Positions 36,673 to 46,895 are shown, counted from the stretch's first letter. The stretch is DNA of 64,000 bases from Vampirovibrionaceae bacterium NZW_1234 (GCA_041697335.1 JBGUGD010000025.1:64001-128000), one strand, 5' to 3'. Notes: a model not told the origin generated them from the letters alone. Program-made: numbers and translations.

Positions 36673-38808
36673 ATGAGTGGAGTTTCTATGGTCGCACCCC
36701 GAAATAAAAACGCGAAGTCTGCTTCTAAAACCACATCCAGGTCTGTTAAATCCGACTCGACCAAGTCGACTGTTTCGAAATCGGTCAAATCGTCTACCAA
36801 GTCTGCGGCAAAAGCCAAGGCCGCGCCTGTAGTCAAATCGAAAAAGTCTGTTGCCCCAAAACCGGTTAAGGCCGATAAGGCCACAAAAGTCGAAAATCCT
36901 CCTCAACCGGTTGTCTTGGATCAGAGCCTGAAGAACGATCGGGGGGTGGAAATTCGAGGTCATATCAGCCTGACCTCCACCACGGTTGCCCAACTGCAGC
37001 GAGCCTTGTTGCTCCAGAATATTGCCAAGAACGGTCATCCTTCGTCACTGAAGTTTTATACCGGCCCATCATCCGCCAATCGGTATCGATTACAGGATCA
37101 GGCCGCTCTCGCCGATACGATGCTCCTGGTCAGCTCACCGGTGGATACGGTGATTAAGTCCGGTATGGGCTGCGATATGTTGAGAACCTTCTTGTCCGCG
37201 ACAGGCAAACGATACATGTTGGCAGGAGCAACCCTTCACATGGGTGTGGTTGCCATGAATGCCCCTTATGGCAAGAATAAAGCCAGCCAGGTTCGACGCC
37301 AGCTTTTTAACGATTACAAAAGCGACTTACAGACCCTGGTGATGATGAAGACCGGTGAAACGGATCGGGTGAAAGTCCATCGCGATTTGTTGAGTGCTCG
37401 CGGGTTAAATGCCATGCAGGCCTTGCGTTACGGCAAACAAGGCTTGATTGACGGCATCCTCATTGGGCACGATCAAATCATTGTGCGAGCCGATATGGAT
37501 GCCTTTTTCAAAAAGAAGAAGTGGAACGAGGAACAGGTACAGGAGTTCCTGAAGCACTATATCAATGTATATCAGCTTCCTACACGCACTTTAAGGGAGT
37601 ATGCCCCTGTGTCCGTTCCGGAAGGCAAACTGGTATTCTACAAGTCCTTGAAAAAGCCTTCAAACGACAAAAAAGATGCTTCAAAAGACGGCGAACCCAA
37701 AGAAGCAACTCCGGCAATCGCCTTGAAGGCTGATCCCAGCAAGGTCAAGAAAGTGAAAGGGAAAAAAGCCGTTGCCGAATCTGTGGCCGCCCCCGTCGTA
37801 GCCAAAGGGCCTGCTGACACACCCGCGGAAGAGAAGCCCTCGACCCCGGTATTTTATATCGGCGAGAAAAAACTTGATGAACTGCCGATGGTCACCAAAG
37901 CTTCCAAAGATAAATCACCGGCACGGATTATGGTGGATGTCGTTCCGAAAAGCGCCAATGGCATTTTAGATGATGACGTCATCTTCTTTAATGACGGGTT
38001 TCGGGATGAAACCGCCGAGCAGATTGCGGACAGTCTTTTGGCTTTGGAGCATAAAAAGCTTCAGAGCGGGAATAAAACGCATATCAAGATTATTGAGAAC
38101 AGCCCCGGCGGGAGCGTATGGTCAGGCCAGGAGCTTCGCAGCGTTATCAAATCTCTGAAAACCCCTGTGGACATTATTGTCCAAGGGATGGGTGCCAGTT
38201 GTGGTTCATGGCTGCTGTGCAGTGCGACAGGGAATCGGTATGCCACACCTCATGCCCGCATTATGTTCCATGAGGCGGCCAATGAACTGCGGGACTTGAC
38301 CCCGGCGGATCACTTCAATGAAATGCATGACGGCCTGGATCAGGCAACCTTGGACTATATCTCCATTGTGGCCGAGGCCACGGGACGTCCTTATGACGAG
38401 GTGCTCCAGGATTTCGATCATGATGTCTGGCTGAATCCTTTGGAAGCCCTTTTCTATGGTACGAAAGGCCTGATTGATGCCATTCTGGTGGGCCATAACC
38501 GCGTGATTCTGCGAGAGGATGTCGAGAAATACCTGCTGAAGCATTTCGGATCGGCGTCCAGGCTCAAGCAATACCTGATCGATAAGATTGAAGAGAAACG
38601 GGATCCCAGGCAAGCCATGGAATGGCGTCCTGAACGGCATAAAGAAGACGATCCCTTTGACAACCCATTGAAGATTATTCAGGCAGTCGCCGACACGGCC
38701 TCCAGGCCCATGGCGGAAATTCCCCGTTTCCGTTTATCTTTGCCGGATATCGATGCGCCTGAGAGAACCATTGACTTTTTCAACGTGGTTATCGACGAGA
38801 AAAAATAG
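36673..38808 (+). CDS. Tandem ClpP-family protein (degenerate domain plus catalytic-looking domain) with Lys/Ser-rich tails
   Basis: Domain 2: NSPGGSV, GMGASCG, R.ATPHARIMFH, DVWL.P.EAL.YG..LIDAI. Domain 1: PVDTVI, TGKRYML..ATLH, QALRYG..LIDGI, without intact catalytic motifs. Confidence 0.85.
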   Translation: MSGVSMVAPRNKNAKSASKTTSRSVKSDSTKSTVSKSVKSSTKSAAKAKAAPVVKSKKSVAPKPVKADKATKVENPPQPVVLDQSLKNDRGVEIRGHISLTSTTVAQLQRALLLQNIAKNGHPSSLKFYTGPSSANRYRLQDQAALADTMLLVSSPVDTVIKSGMGCDMLRTFLSATGKRYMLAGATLHMGVVAMNAPYGKNKASQVRRQLFNDYKSDLQTLVMMKTGETDRVKVHRDLLSARGLNAMQALRYGKQGLIDGILIGHDQIIVRADMDAFFKKKKWNEEQVQEFLKHYINVYQLPTRTLREYAPVSVPEGKLVFYKSLKKPSNDKKDASKDGEPKEATPAIALKADPSKVKKVKGKKAVAESVAAPVVAKGPADTPAEEKPSTPVFYIGEKKLDELPMVTKASKDKSPARIMVDVVPKSANGILDDDVIFFNDGFRDETAEQIADSLLALEHKKLQSGNKTHIKIIENSPGGSVWSGQELRSVIKSLKTPVDIIVQGMGASCGSWLLCSATGNRYATPHARIMFHEAANELRDLTPADHFNEMHDGLDQATLDYISIVAEATGRPYDEVLQDFDHDVWLNPLEALFYGTKGLIDAILVGHNRVILREDVEKYLLKHFGSASRLKQYLIDKIEEKRDPRQAMEWRPERHKEDDPFDNPLKIIQAVADTASRPMAEIPRFRLSLPDIDAPERTIDFFNVVIDEKK

Positions 38809-38893
38809 CGTTATCTCCAGCTCAGCGTGAACCATGGCGTCGATAGGGCTCTCATGGATACGTTGTCGATCGGTGAATTAATGCATGTTAAAC

Positions 38894-38908
38894 TTAACGT
38901 TAACGTAA
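38894..38908. promoter_or_regulatory. Possible operator TTAACGTTAACGTAA upstream of the rhodanese-mrp operon
   Basis: Dyad/direct-repeat ACGT motif, with a further GTTACGTTAA near 38938. Confidence 0.3.
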
Positions 38909-38979
38909 CTGTTAACTAGGTTCTCGTTTGCTTTTGTGTTACGTTAAACCCGTATTCCAGCCTGTGGAAACAGTTCATC

Positions 38980-39360
38980 ATGCCCATTACCCATATTGAT
39001 CCAGAAACCTTGATGAAGATGCTCGCCGAAAACCCGGAGCTTCAGATGGTGGATGTTCGAACCCCAGAGGAATTTGAGTATCTGGGCCATATTCCCCAGG
39101 CTAAATTGATACCCTTGTATGAACTGCCGTATGCATTTCGCATGCTGGACCCGGAAAAAGAAATCGCGATTACGTGCCAGCATGGGGTCAGAAGCCTAGA
39201 TGCCTGCTATTTCCTGCAGTCTCAAGGCTTCGAAAAACTCTACAATTTGCAGGAAGGCATGTCGACCTGGACGGGGGAGGTTGTCCGGGATGTGACGGGG
39301 ATGAATCGCTTAGTGAACTTGGAAAGCCCAATGGAGAACCATGAAAATGTCAGTGAATGA
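38980..39360 (+). CDS. Rhodanese-like domain protein
   Basis: VDVRTPEEF..GHIP.A.LIP, CQHGVRS, GF..LYNL.EGM..W. Confidence 0.93.
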   Translation: MPITHIDPETLMKMLAENPELQMVDVRTPEEFEYLGHIPQAKLIPLYELPYAFRMLDPEKEIAITCQHGVRSLDACYFLQSQGFEKLYNLQEGMSTWTGEVVRDVTGMNRLVNLESPMENHENVSE

Positions 39361-40435
39361 TGCCGAAATTCAAAAGCAAGTGCTGGAAGCCTTGCGCAAA
39401 GTGAACGATCCTGAACTCCACCGCAGTATTGTGGAGATAGGCATGGTGAAAAACCTGGTTTCGAAAGAGGGGCATGTGTCCTTTGACATCGTGTTGACGA
39501 CCACGGCCTGTCCCCTAAAGGCTCAAATCCAGAAGGAAGCCTCCGATGCCGCTTATACGGTTGAAGGCGTTAAAAACGTGACTGCCAATATCTCGGGTGA
39601 AACCTTGGCTCCGAAAGTGCCGAAAAAACAACCGATCCCGGGTGTGAAAAACATTATTGCCGTCTCCAGCGGCAAAGGCGGTGTCGGCAAAACCACCGTT
39701 GCCGTGAACTTGGCGTGTGCCTTGCAAAAACGTGGCGCAAGCGTGGGGATACTCGATGCCGACATCTATGGCCCCAATGTTCCCCTGATGATGGGCCTGA
39801 AAAATCAGACCATTCGTGAAAAAACCGAGGACAACAAGTTAAAGCCGCCGGAAAATCACAACATCAAGGTCATGAGCATGGCCTTTCTCATCAAGGAAGA
39901 ACAACCGGTAGTCTGGCGCGGGCCTTTGTTGGATCGGGTCATCCGCCAGTTCTTCAATGATACCGGTTGGGGTGAATTGGATTATCTCATTGTGGATTTG
40001 CCTCCGGGCACCGGAGACGCCCAGTTGACCATTATTGAAGCCGTTCCTCTGGTCGGCGCCATCATCGTAACCACGCCGCAGGAAGTGGCCATTCACGACA
40101 GCAAAAAAGGCCTGGCCATGTTCAAGAATGCCAACATTCCCGTGTTGGGCGTTATTGAGAACATGAGCTATTACATCCATCCGGGCACGGATGAAAAAGT
40201 CTATTTCTTTGGCCAGGGCGGCGGGCAACAGCTGGCTCAGCTTCTGGAAGTGCCTTACCTGGGTGAAGTCCCCATGAACCCCGAAGTGCGTGAATTTGCT
40301 GATCAGGGGACGCCCATTGTTCTGGCCAAGCCCGAAAGCCATCAGGCCGAAGCCTTTAACCAGATTGCACACCAGGTTACCACAACCATCTGTGAACTGG
40401 GTGTGAATGAGATGTTGGCGGGGGCAGCCGTTTAG
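39341..40435 (+). CDS. mrp: Mrp/ApbC Fe-S cluster carrier ATPase
   Basis: N-terminal DPEL..TT.ACP; SGKGGVGKTT; DADIYGP; WRGP; DLPPGTGD; ENMS. Confidence 0.95.
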   Translation: MKMSVNDAEIQKQVLEALRKVNDPELHRSIVEIGMVKNLVSKEGHVSFDIVLTTTACPLKAQIQKEASDAAYTVEGVKNVTANISGETLAPKVPKKQPIPGVKNIIAVSSGKGGVGKTTVAVNLACALQKRGASVGILDADIYGPNVPLMMGLKNQTIREKTEDNKLKPPENHNIKVMSMAFLIKEEQPVVWRGPLLDRVIRQFFNDTGWGELDYLIVDLPPGTGDAQLTIIEAVPLVGAIIVTTPQEVAIHDSKKGLAMFKNANIPVLGVIENMSYYIHPGTDEKVYFFGQGGGQQLAQLLEVPYLGEVPMNPEVREFADQGTPIVLAKPESHQAEAFNQIAHQVTTTICELGVNEMLAGAAV

Positions 40436-40483
40436 GAAAAACCGCCGAATCAGGTAATCACGAAACGACCCAACGGGAGGACA

Positions 40484-40669
40484 ATGACCATGTTCGTTAA
40501 AATCGTAGACGGATGCATCGCCTGTGGTGTGTGTGAATCCATCAGCCCAGAGGTGTTTACGGTTTTAGACACATCCGTGGCGGACAACAGTAAGGTCCCC
40601 GGTCAGGAAGATGCTTGTCGCGAGGCAGCGGAAGCTTGTCCGGTCAGTGTCATCAAGATCGAAGAATAA
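40484..40669 (+). CDS. Ferredoxin (single cluster)
   Basis: CIACGVC...EAAEACPV; GGGAGG SD. Confidence 0.92.
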   Translation: MTMFVKIVDGCIACGVCESISPEVFTVLDTSVADNSKVPGQEDACREAAEACPVSVIKIEE

Positions 40670-40708
40670 CCGTAGAATACACTCAGATTAGAGAGAGACC
40701 TCCATTTC

Positions 40709-42739
40709 GTGATGGCCCAGAACAGATTAGCGCATTCGGCAAGCGCCTACCTTCGTAGTGCGCAGCATCAGCCCATTGACTGGTACGAATTCGGCGAGGA
40801 GGCGTTTAAAAAAGCCGAAGAACTCGATCGCCTGATTCTACTGGACATTGGCGCCGTGTGGTGTCACTGGTGCCATGTGATTGACCGGGAGTCCTACGAG
40901 AATCCCGAGATCGCTCAGTTGATCAATGACAATTACATTGCCATCAAGGTCGATCGGGATCAGCGTCCCGATATTGACGCCCGGTATCAACAAATTGTGG
41001 CGTCAATGACAGGGCAAGGGGGCTGGCCGCTGACGGCCTTTCTGACCTGCGATGGACGGGTTCTCTATGGTGGAACGTATTTCCCCCCGGAAGTGATGAC
41101 GACGCTTTTGACACAACTTCCTTTGGTTTATCAGGAGCAAAAGGACCAGATCATGCAGGAGTCTCTGACGAAGGTCTCACAGGCGGATCTCGATAAATCC
41201 CTGGCCTCCAACGAAGCGGAGGCCAGACATCCCATTCCGGAGGATGTCTTTGAACGTCTGCTGAACTCCATTGATTCGACGTATGATTCTGAGAACGGCG
41301 GTTTTGGGGTGTACCCGAAGTTTCCGCACTACAGTACCCTCGCCTATCTGATTCAGCAGGCCCACCGAGCCGTTGACCCCGCCAAAACCAAGGAATTGAA
41401 ACAGGTCATTGATCGAACCTTGACCGAAATGGCCCGTGGTGGTGTTTATGACCATATTGGCGGCGGTTTCCATCGGTATTCCGTGGATCGCTTCTGGCAT
41501 GTGCCGCATTTTGAGAAAATGGCGTATGACAATGCCGAAGCCCTACTCGTCTATGCCCAAGCCTACCGGATGTCGCCCTCGCCGTTGTATCTGGAAACCA
41601 TTGAAGGCATTTTGAACTTTTTGTCCCAGACCTTATCCGATCCGGTACAAGGCGGGTTTTATGCCTCCCAGGATGCGGACATCGATCTCAATGACGATGG
41701 GGATTATTTCACCTGGACCATGGAAGACGTCCAGGAGGCCCTGTCATCCCATGAGGCCGAAGTTATTGTGCCTTACTATGACGTGACCCCGGAGGGCGAC
41801 ATGCATGAGCGGCCCGGGCGAAATGTTCTGCGCATCCGGAAAAACCTCAGTGAGGTTGCCAAAACTCTGGGGATATCCCTGGAAGAGTGCATGGAACGGC
41901 TTTATGCCGGGCGCCAGAAATTGGCTGCCAAACGCATGATGCGTCCCACGCCGTATGTGGATACCACCATTTATCTCAATTGGAACGGCATGATTCTGGT
42001 GGGTTATTTTGAAGTGGCCGATTTGCTGGGCAAGCAGGAAGCCCTGGTCTATGCGTGCAAAACACTGCATCGGCTATTGAACACCCATGTGGATCGGGAG
42101 AAAGACATTCTGCTCCACTCCGAGGGGGTTCCCGGCTTTCTGGACGATTATGCCTGGATGGTGGCTGCCTTGTTGCGAGCCAATCAGTCGACAGGGGATG
42201 AACGGTATTTGTCGGAAGCGACCCATTGGGCCCAAAGGGCTTGTGAACTGTTTGAAGATGCCCAGTTCGGCGGTTTCTTCGATATACCGGCCCCTGCGGA
42301 AAACGCCATGGCCCTGCTGAAATTCCGCCGCAAACCGACCGAGGACAATCCCTCCTCCAGTGCCAACGCCGTGATGATCCGGAATCTGATTCGGTTGTTT
42401 CATATTACCGAAGATACCGTCTATCACGAAAAGGCGGCAAAGGCCCTGGCGATGTTCGGGCGAGAATTGTCCGGGCGAAATGGGGTCTTTGTGTCTGCGT
42501 TAGCGATAGCGCTGTTTGAATTTCGCCATCCGCCCGTCCGATTGGAAGTCCTCGGACGTCAGGCCGAATTGCATGAGGCTGCCTTGGGTGTGTTTTATCC
42601 GGGCAAGATTGTCGTTCATCGCCCCGATGATGCTCCGGCAGAAGTTCGCTTGTGCGAAGGCACCCGCTGCATGATGCCCGTACGCCAGGTTGCAGATCTG
42701 GAGACGGCGGTGAATGCCCTGAAAGGAATTCCGGTCTAA
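40709..42739 (+). CDS. YyaL/SSP411-type thioredoxin-domain protein
   Basis: NRL...S.YL....QPIDW, WCHWCHV, ES, GGWPLT.FL, PKFP, GGFHRYSVD..W.VPHFEKM.YD. Confidence 0.93.
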   Translation: MMAQNRLAHSASAYLRSAQHQPIDWYEFGEEAFKKAEELDRLILLDIGAVWCHWCHVIDRESYENPEIAQLINDNYIAIKVDRDQRPDIDARYQQIVASMTGQGGWPLTAFLTCDGRVLYGGTYFPPEVMTTLLTQLPLVYQEQKDQIMQESLTKVSQADLDKSLASNEAEARHPIPEDVFERLLNSIDSTYDSENGGFGVYPKFPHYSTLAYLIQQAHRAVDPAKTKELKQVIDRTLTEMARGGVYDHIGGGFHRYSVDRFWHVPHFEKMAYDNAEALLVYAQAYRMSPSPLYLETIEGILNFLSQTLSDPVQGGFYASQDADIDLNDDGDYFTWTMEDVQEALSSHEAEVIVPYYDVTPEGDMHERPGRNVLRIRKNLSEVAKTLGISLEECMERLYAGRQKLAAKRMMRPTPYVDTTIYLNWNGMILVGYFEVADLLGKQEALVYACKTLHRLLNTHVDREKDILLHSEGVPGFLDDYAWMVAALLRANQSTGDERYLSEATHWAQRACELFEDAQFGGFFDIPAPAENAMALLKFRRKPTEDNPSSSANAVMIRNLIRLFHITEDTVYHEKAAKALAMFGRELSGRNGVFVSALAIALFEFRHPPVRLEVLGRQAELHEAALGVFYPGKIVVHRPDDAPAEVRLCEGTRCMMPVRQVADLETAVNALKGIPV

Positions 42740-42740
42740 C

Positions 42741-44537
42741 TTAACTGGCCGAGGGTGTCTTCATGGCCCGCTGGTTTTCTTCCACAGCCCGATCAATCGC
42801 AGCATCGTACCGTTCAACAATGCGTTTCCAGTTATGCTCCCGTTGAACATAGCGAATGCCGTTCAATGCAACGTCCGCGACTGTATCGGGTTGGCTGTTT
42901 TTTAGCTGCCAGGCCCGCTCTAAGGCCATACTAAATTGAGATTGCGCCTGGTGGATGACATGGCGATCCAAGGCACTCATTGGCTTTCCATCGCTCCATT
43001 TGGAAATGGCCTTACGATAGCGAGGAACGTCGATGGAGGCCATTTTGATCCCGTTCTGGCCATAAGCCCATACACGCTCTTCGGGGCCATCATCGAGGCG
43101 ATCCAGCACGGGGTCGGAGATGGTGGAGCGAATACCATCGACATTATGGGCAATGGGGATACAGCCCAGGCGCATCCCTTCCAATTGTGTCAAGCCATAA
43201 GGCTCGTACAGGCTGGGCATCAGCATAAAGTCTGCTCCGGCGTTCATTTGTACGGCTTGGGCCTTGGTGAAGAATTTGGACGCGACGATCAACCGGCCTT
43301 TAAATTCATCTGTTTGGGCCATGGTATCCACGAACTGCTGAATCTTGGGGTGATTACCCTGGCCGCCCAGAATGAGCTGCGCCTTGGGATGACGTCGAAG
43401 AAACGCTTGAGCTTCATTCATGACCATGAAGAACCCCTTTTGGTAGGGTTCAAAGCGCCCCAGCCATAGGAAGACCGTGGCCTGGGGATCCGGGTTCAGT
43501 CCCATGGCTTTCTGCAAAGCGACTTTGTTCGTTGTTTTATAGCGCATGAGTTCCCGGCGTTGCGCTTTCTTGCCAAAGACCCGCCGCAGTTCCGTGAACC
43601 CATCGCTCTGTAAGGCTGGGTTGTTGTAGGGGTTGTACTCTTCCGACAAACCATGATGCATATCGAACACACGCCCCTGGAGGAGCTTGTCTTTCAGGTG
43701 CTTGATAAAGTCAGCGCCCTTGCACAAGGCGGTATTGGTGATGGAACGCACATAGTTGGCATTGGCAATCACGACATCCGATAAGCCAATGCCCAGCGAC
43801 AAGGGTGAGACATAACGGCCTTTTAATGCCGGAGGAACCGCTTCTAGGTGATTTGTCCGTGCTACTTCCGGTGAGCGGCCTTCATCGTAAGTGTTATGCA
43901 GCATAAAGAGCTTTGCGGGTGAAAAGCCTTTCGGGAGTTGGTTCAGGAAAAAACCGGTCAGCCAGTCATGAACCATGACGAAATCCACATTACCCCGAAA
44001 AGGGTGAAAGCGTCCTGACGAGGTTTGGGCTGTTTTATCACTGAGTTCAGGCGCAAATTCAGCCGCTGCACGATTAAACATGGCTATGGCCCGAAAAATC
44101 GCATCAGAGCCCAGTCCCTGGTTGTCTTGATTTTTCGGGAAGTACAAGTGCTTGAATCGCCCGAAGTATTTGTCGTTCTCAATGGCGTATACCCAGGTTT
44201 GGCTATCTTTTTCGTACTTTTCCAGTAGCCGGAACGTTTCTATTTGTTGATCCGGTCCGGTGAGGGTCTTTGTAATCCCTGTATCCGTAAACCCGCCTTC
44301 GGCTTTTAAGGGCTCAAGCAGTGGCATCAGGATGCGAACATCTTTCTTCAGATAATGATTCAGAGCCCAGGGGATGGTTTTGGACACTTCGCCCAAACCG
44401 CCCACTTTGGCTGGGTTCCGTTCAACGGTAACCCATAACCCATTTTTTCCCTGACCGGCAAATGTAACCGGCTTCAGAACGCTTTGCGTATGCATGGCTG
44501 GTTTCTGCCATGGACCTGACCCCTGCGACAGTCTCAT
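42741..44537 (-). CDS. glgA: Glycogen/starch synthase (GT5) with N-terminal leader
   Basis: KVGGLG, HDW, MLHN, GRF..QKG, MPSLYEPYGLTQL. Confidence 0.88.
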   Translation of the reverse strand: MRLSQGSGPWQKPAMHTQSVLKPVTFAGQGKNGLWVTVERNPAKVGGLGEVSKTIPWALNHYLKKDVRILMPLLEPLKAEGGFTDTGITKTLTGPDQQIETFRLLEKYEKDSQTWVYAIENDKYFGRFKHLYFPKNQDNQGLGSDAIFRAIAMFNRAAAEFAPELSDKTAQTSSGRFHPFRGNVDFVMVHDWLTGFFLNQLPKGFSPAKLFMLHNTYDEGRSPEVARTNHLEAVPPALKGRYVSPLSLGIGLSDVVIANANYVRSITNTALCKGADFIKHLKDKLLQGRVFDMHHGLSEEYNPYNNPALQSDGFTELRRVFGKKAQRRELMRYKTTNKVALQKAMGLNPDPQATVFLWLGRFEPYQKGFFMVMNEAQAFLRRHPKAQLILGGQGNHPKIQQFVDTMAQTDEFKGRLIVASKFFTKAQAVQMNAGADFMLMPSLYEPYGLTQLEGMRLGCIPIAHNVDGIRSTISDPVLDRLDDGPEERVWAYGQNGIKMASIDVPRYRKAISKWSDGKPMSALDRHVIHQAQSQFSMALERAWQLKNSQPDTVADVALNGIRYVQREHNWKRIVERYDAAIDRAVEENQRAMKTPSAS

Positions 44538-44713
44538 AAAACGTATACCCCATTCGAAAATGTAATGAAATATGATGTCAATATTTAAAGATCAACATGG
44601 ACCGCTGTAAAGCCAATGTCGACATCAATACCCAAAGCGGGATGACGACAAGTGCGTGTATTTCCAAAGAATGTCCAACGAAGATCTTGAAATTGATTTA
44701 ACTAAATGAAAAT

Positions 44714-45571
44714 ATGAATAATGATTTGAATAATAAACTGTGTGTGTCCATGACTTCTCTCGTTGAACCCTATCCAACAACTGTTACCCTTGAAGACATT
44801 GATGTTCAGGCGTACCCTAACCCAGAAAGCCTGTTTCAGCGGATTGTCGAGGAAACGCAACGTCGAACACAGACGTTAATCTATGCCCTAAACGTCAATG
44901 CAGCCAATATCGCGTTTATTGATTCCCAATGGCGCTCCATTATACAAAAGGGACACATCATGTACTGCGATGGTGCTGGTATCGTTTTGGGTTCCAAGAT
45001 TCTAGGAACACCGCTTCCGTGTCGCTTAACGGCCGCAGATTGGTTGTTGGATGCAGTACGCTATTTTTCTGAGAACGGCTTATCAGTCTATTTCCTAGCG
45101 GGGGAGCCCGGTATCCCGGAGCGAGCGATGGCCCTTTTTGATAAAGCTGTCCCGGAACATCGGGTTTTGGGGGCGCATCACGGCTACATACTCGACGATC
45201 CGACACTGGAAAACGCCGTTATTGATGAAATTAACCGTCTAAAGCCGGATATTCTGCTGGTCGGGTTCGGGATGCCCTTGCAGGAATACTGGATTGAAAA
45301 AAATCGTCACCGCTTGCAGGTCGCTTCTTTATGGGCTATCGGTGCCACCCTGGATTATCTGACCGGGAAAGTGAGTCGTTGCCCGGGTTGGATGGGACGA
45401 TACGGCCTTGAGTGGCTTTATAGATTGCTATTGGAACCAAAACGGATGTGGCAGCGCTATGTCGTTGGTAATCCCTGGTTTTTGCTTCGTATTATCGGTA
45501 TGACGACGCTCAATCATTTGAGGCGACTTTTCTTTTTCATCAAACGCCCTATCGCTCCTGCTAATTCCTGA
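44714..45571 (+). CDS. WecG/TagA/CpsF glycosyltransferase
   Basis: CDGAGI, HHGY, LVGFGMPLQE.W, GATLDY..G...R.P.W...GLEWLYRL..EP.R.W.RY. Confidence 0.95.
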   Translation: MNNDLNNKLCVSMTSLVEPYPTTVTLEDIDVQAYPNPESLFQRIVEETQRRTQTLIYALNVNAANIAFIDSQWRSIIQKGHIMYCDGAGIVLGSKILGTPLPCRLTAADWLLDAVRYFSENGLSVYFLAGEPGIPERAMALFDKAVPEHRVLGAHHGYILDDPTLENAVIDEINRLKPDILLVGFGMPLQEYWIEKNRHRLQVASLWAIGATLDYLTGKVSRCPGWMGRYGLEWLYRLLLEPKRMWQRYVVGNPWFLLRIIGMTTLNHLRRLFFFIKRPIAPANS

Positions 45572-45728
45572 TAATAAATCCACGAATATCATAAATTGTC
45601 TTGCAAAATGATATTGTAAATATATATTCACAAGTTAACACAATTGATTGTTAATAAAGTTTTAATACTTATAAGAGATTAAGAATTTTTCATGAATTCG
45701 GTGGAGCAGGATAAGGAATCGGAGAGTT

Positions 45729-46895
45729 ATGGCACAATTTCGAAATGGATTCCCCCCAAGACGACCTGTCATACAGCCTCAAGTCAGACCACAAGGCCGA
45801 CCTGTTGGCGCAGTAGGACCGCGTCCGAATCTGGGTTTCGGTGGGGTCAATCCGCTCGTGGCTCAGAATGCAGCAGCACAGCAATGGGCCATGCAACAAT
45901 TGGCCGGACAGCAGAATTTTGCTCAACAAGTTTTGCAAATGCGTCTCCAACAACAGCGAATGATTCAGCAGATGCTCATCTTGCAGCAGATACGTCAACA
46001 ACAGCAGGCGCAGCTGCCTCTGATTCAGCAGCAACAGGCGCAGCTAGCTCAATGGAATCAGTTGCCGCGTGTGGCCAATAAATTGAAACAAGATGCCATT
46101 AAGCATGAAAATGAGGCCAACCAGCTGTTGAAGCAGGCAAAGGCCCTCAACCCGCGTGGAGGCGGTGTCGAATTTGCTGCCGACAATATTATCCGCCAAG
46201 CCAATCAGCTGATTACGAAAGCCGATGGCACCATTAATGCGGCAGATGCACAGCTTAACTTTTATAACGGCATCATTGCCCAAGTAAAAAAGAACTTCAC
46301 AGATCAGGAAGATGCCTTGCGGAATCAGGCAAATGCGAACCCCAATATGGCCCGTGCTTTAAACCGTCAAGCCGATCAAGTCAAAAAACAAGGTGAAAAC
46401 CAGGTTAAAAGACTGGAAAAGCAACGAGAAAAATCGGTTGCTGCATTGAAAGATGCAAAAAAACGCAGTGAAAACGCAAAAAAGACAGCACGGGATGCCA
46501 TTAATGCTGCGAACAAAGCAAAAGCGGATGAACAAAAGTTCCTGGATGAACTGGTGGACAGGATGAAAGATCCCTTAAAAGATTTGAAACTGCCGCCCGT
46601 TCCGTTGCCCCCTATTCCACCATTTGATCCGTTCCCCTTACCACCTCGACCGAAACCTCCAGAAATTGTGATGGCTCCCTTGGGTCCAACCGGAATGATA
46701 GGCCCGGTTGATGGTGAAAGACCCACAGTGGTTGTTATGGGCCCCACCGGCGCATCAGGTATGTCAGGTCCGATTGATGTTACAACCACAACAGTTGTTG
46801 CCCTAGGGCCTACCGGTCCCTCTGGTATGACGGGGCCTGTTTTGAAACCTACACCCATTGGTCCAACCTTGGCAACGGATGTTGCCGTTGTTTAA
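45729..46895 (+). CDS. Gln-rich / coiled-coil / Pro-rich protein with C-terminal GPTG..GM.GP repeats
   Basis: GGAGAG SD; modular low-complexity architecture. Confidence 0.75.
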   Translation: MAQFRNGFPPRRPVIQPQVRPQGRPVGAVGPRPNLGFGGVNPLVAQNAAAQQWAMQQLAGQQNFAQQVLQMRLQQQRMIQQMLILQQIRQQQQAQLPLIQQQQAQLAQWNQLPRVANKLKQDAIKHENEANQLLKQAKALNPRGGGVEFAADNIIRQANQLITKADGTINAADAQLNFYNGIIAQVKKNFTDQEDALRNQANANPNMARALNRQADQVKKQGENQVKRLEKQREKSVAALKDAKKRSENAKKTARDAINAANKAKADEQKFLDELVDRMKDPLKDLKLPPVPLPPIPPFDPFPLPPRPKPPEIVMAPLGPTGMIGPVDGERPTVVVMGPTGASGMSGPIDVTTTTVVALGPTGPSGMTGPVLKPTPIGPTLATDVAVV

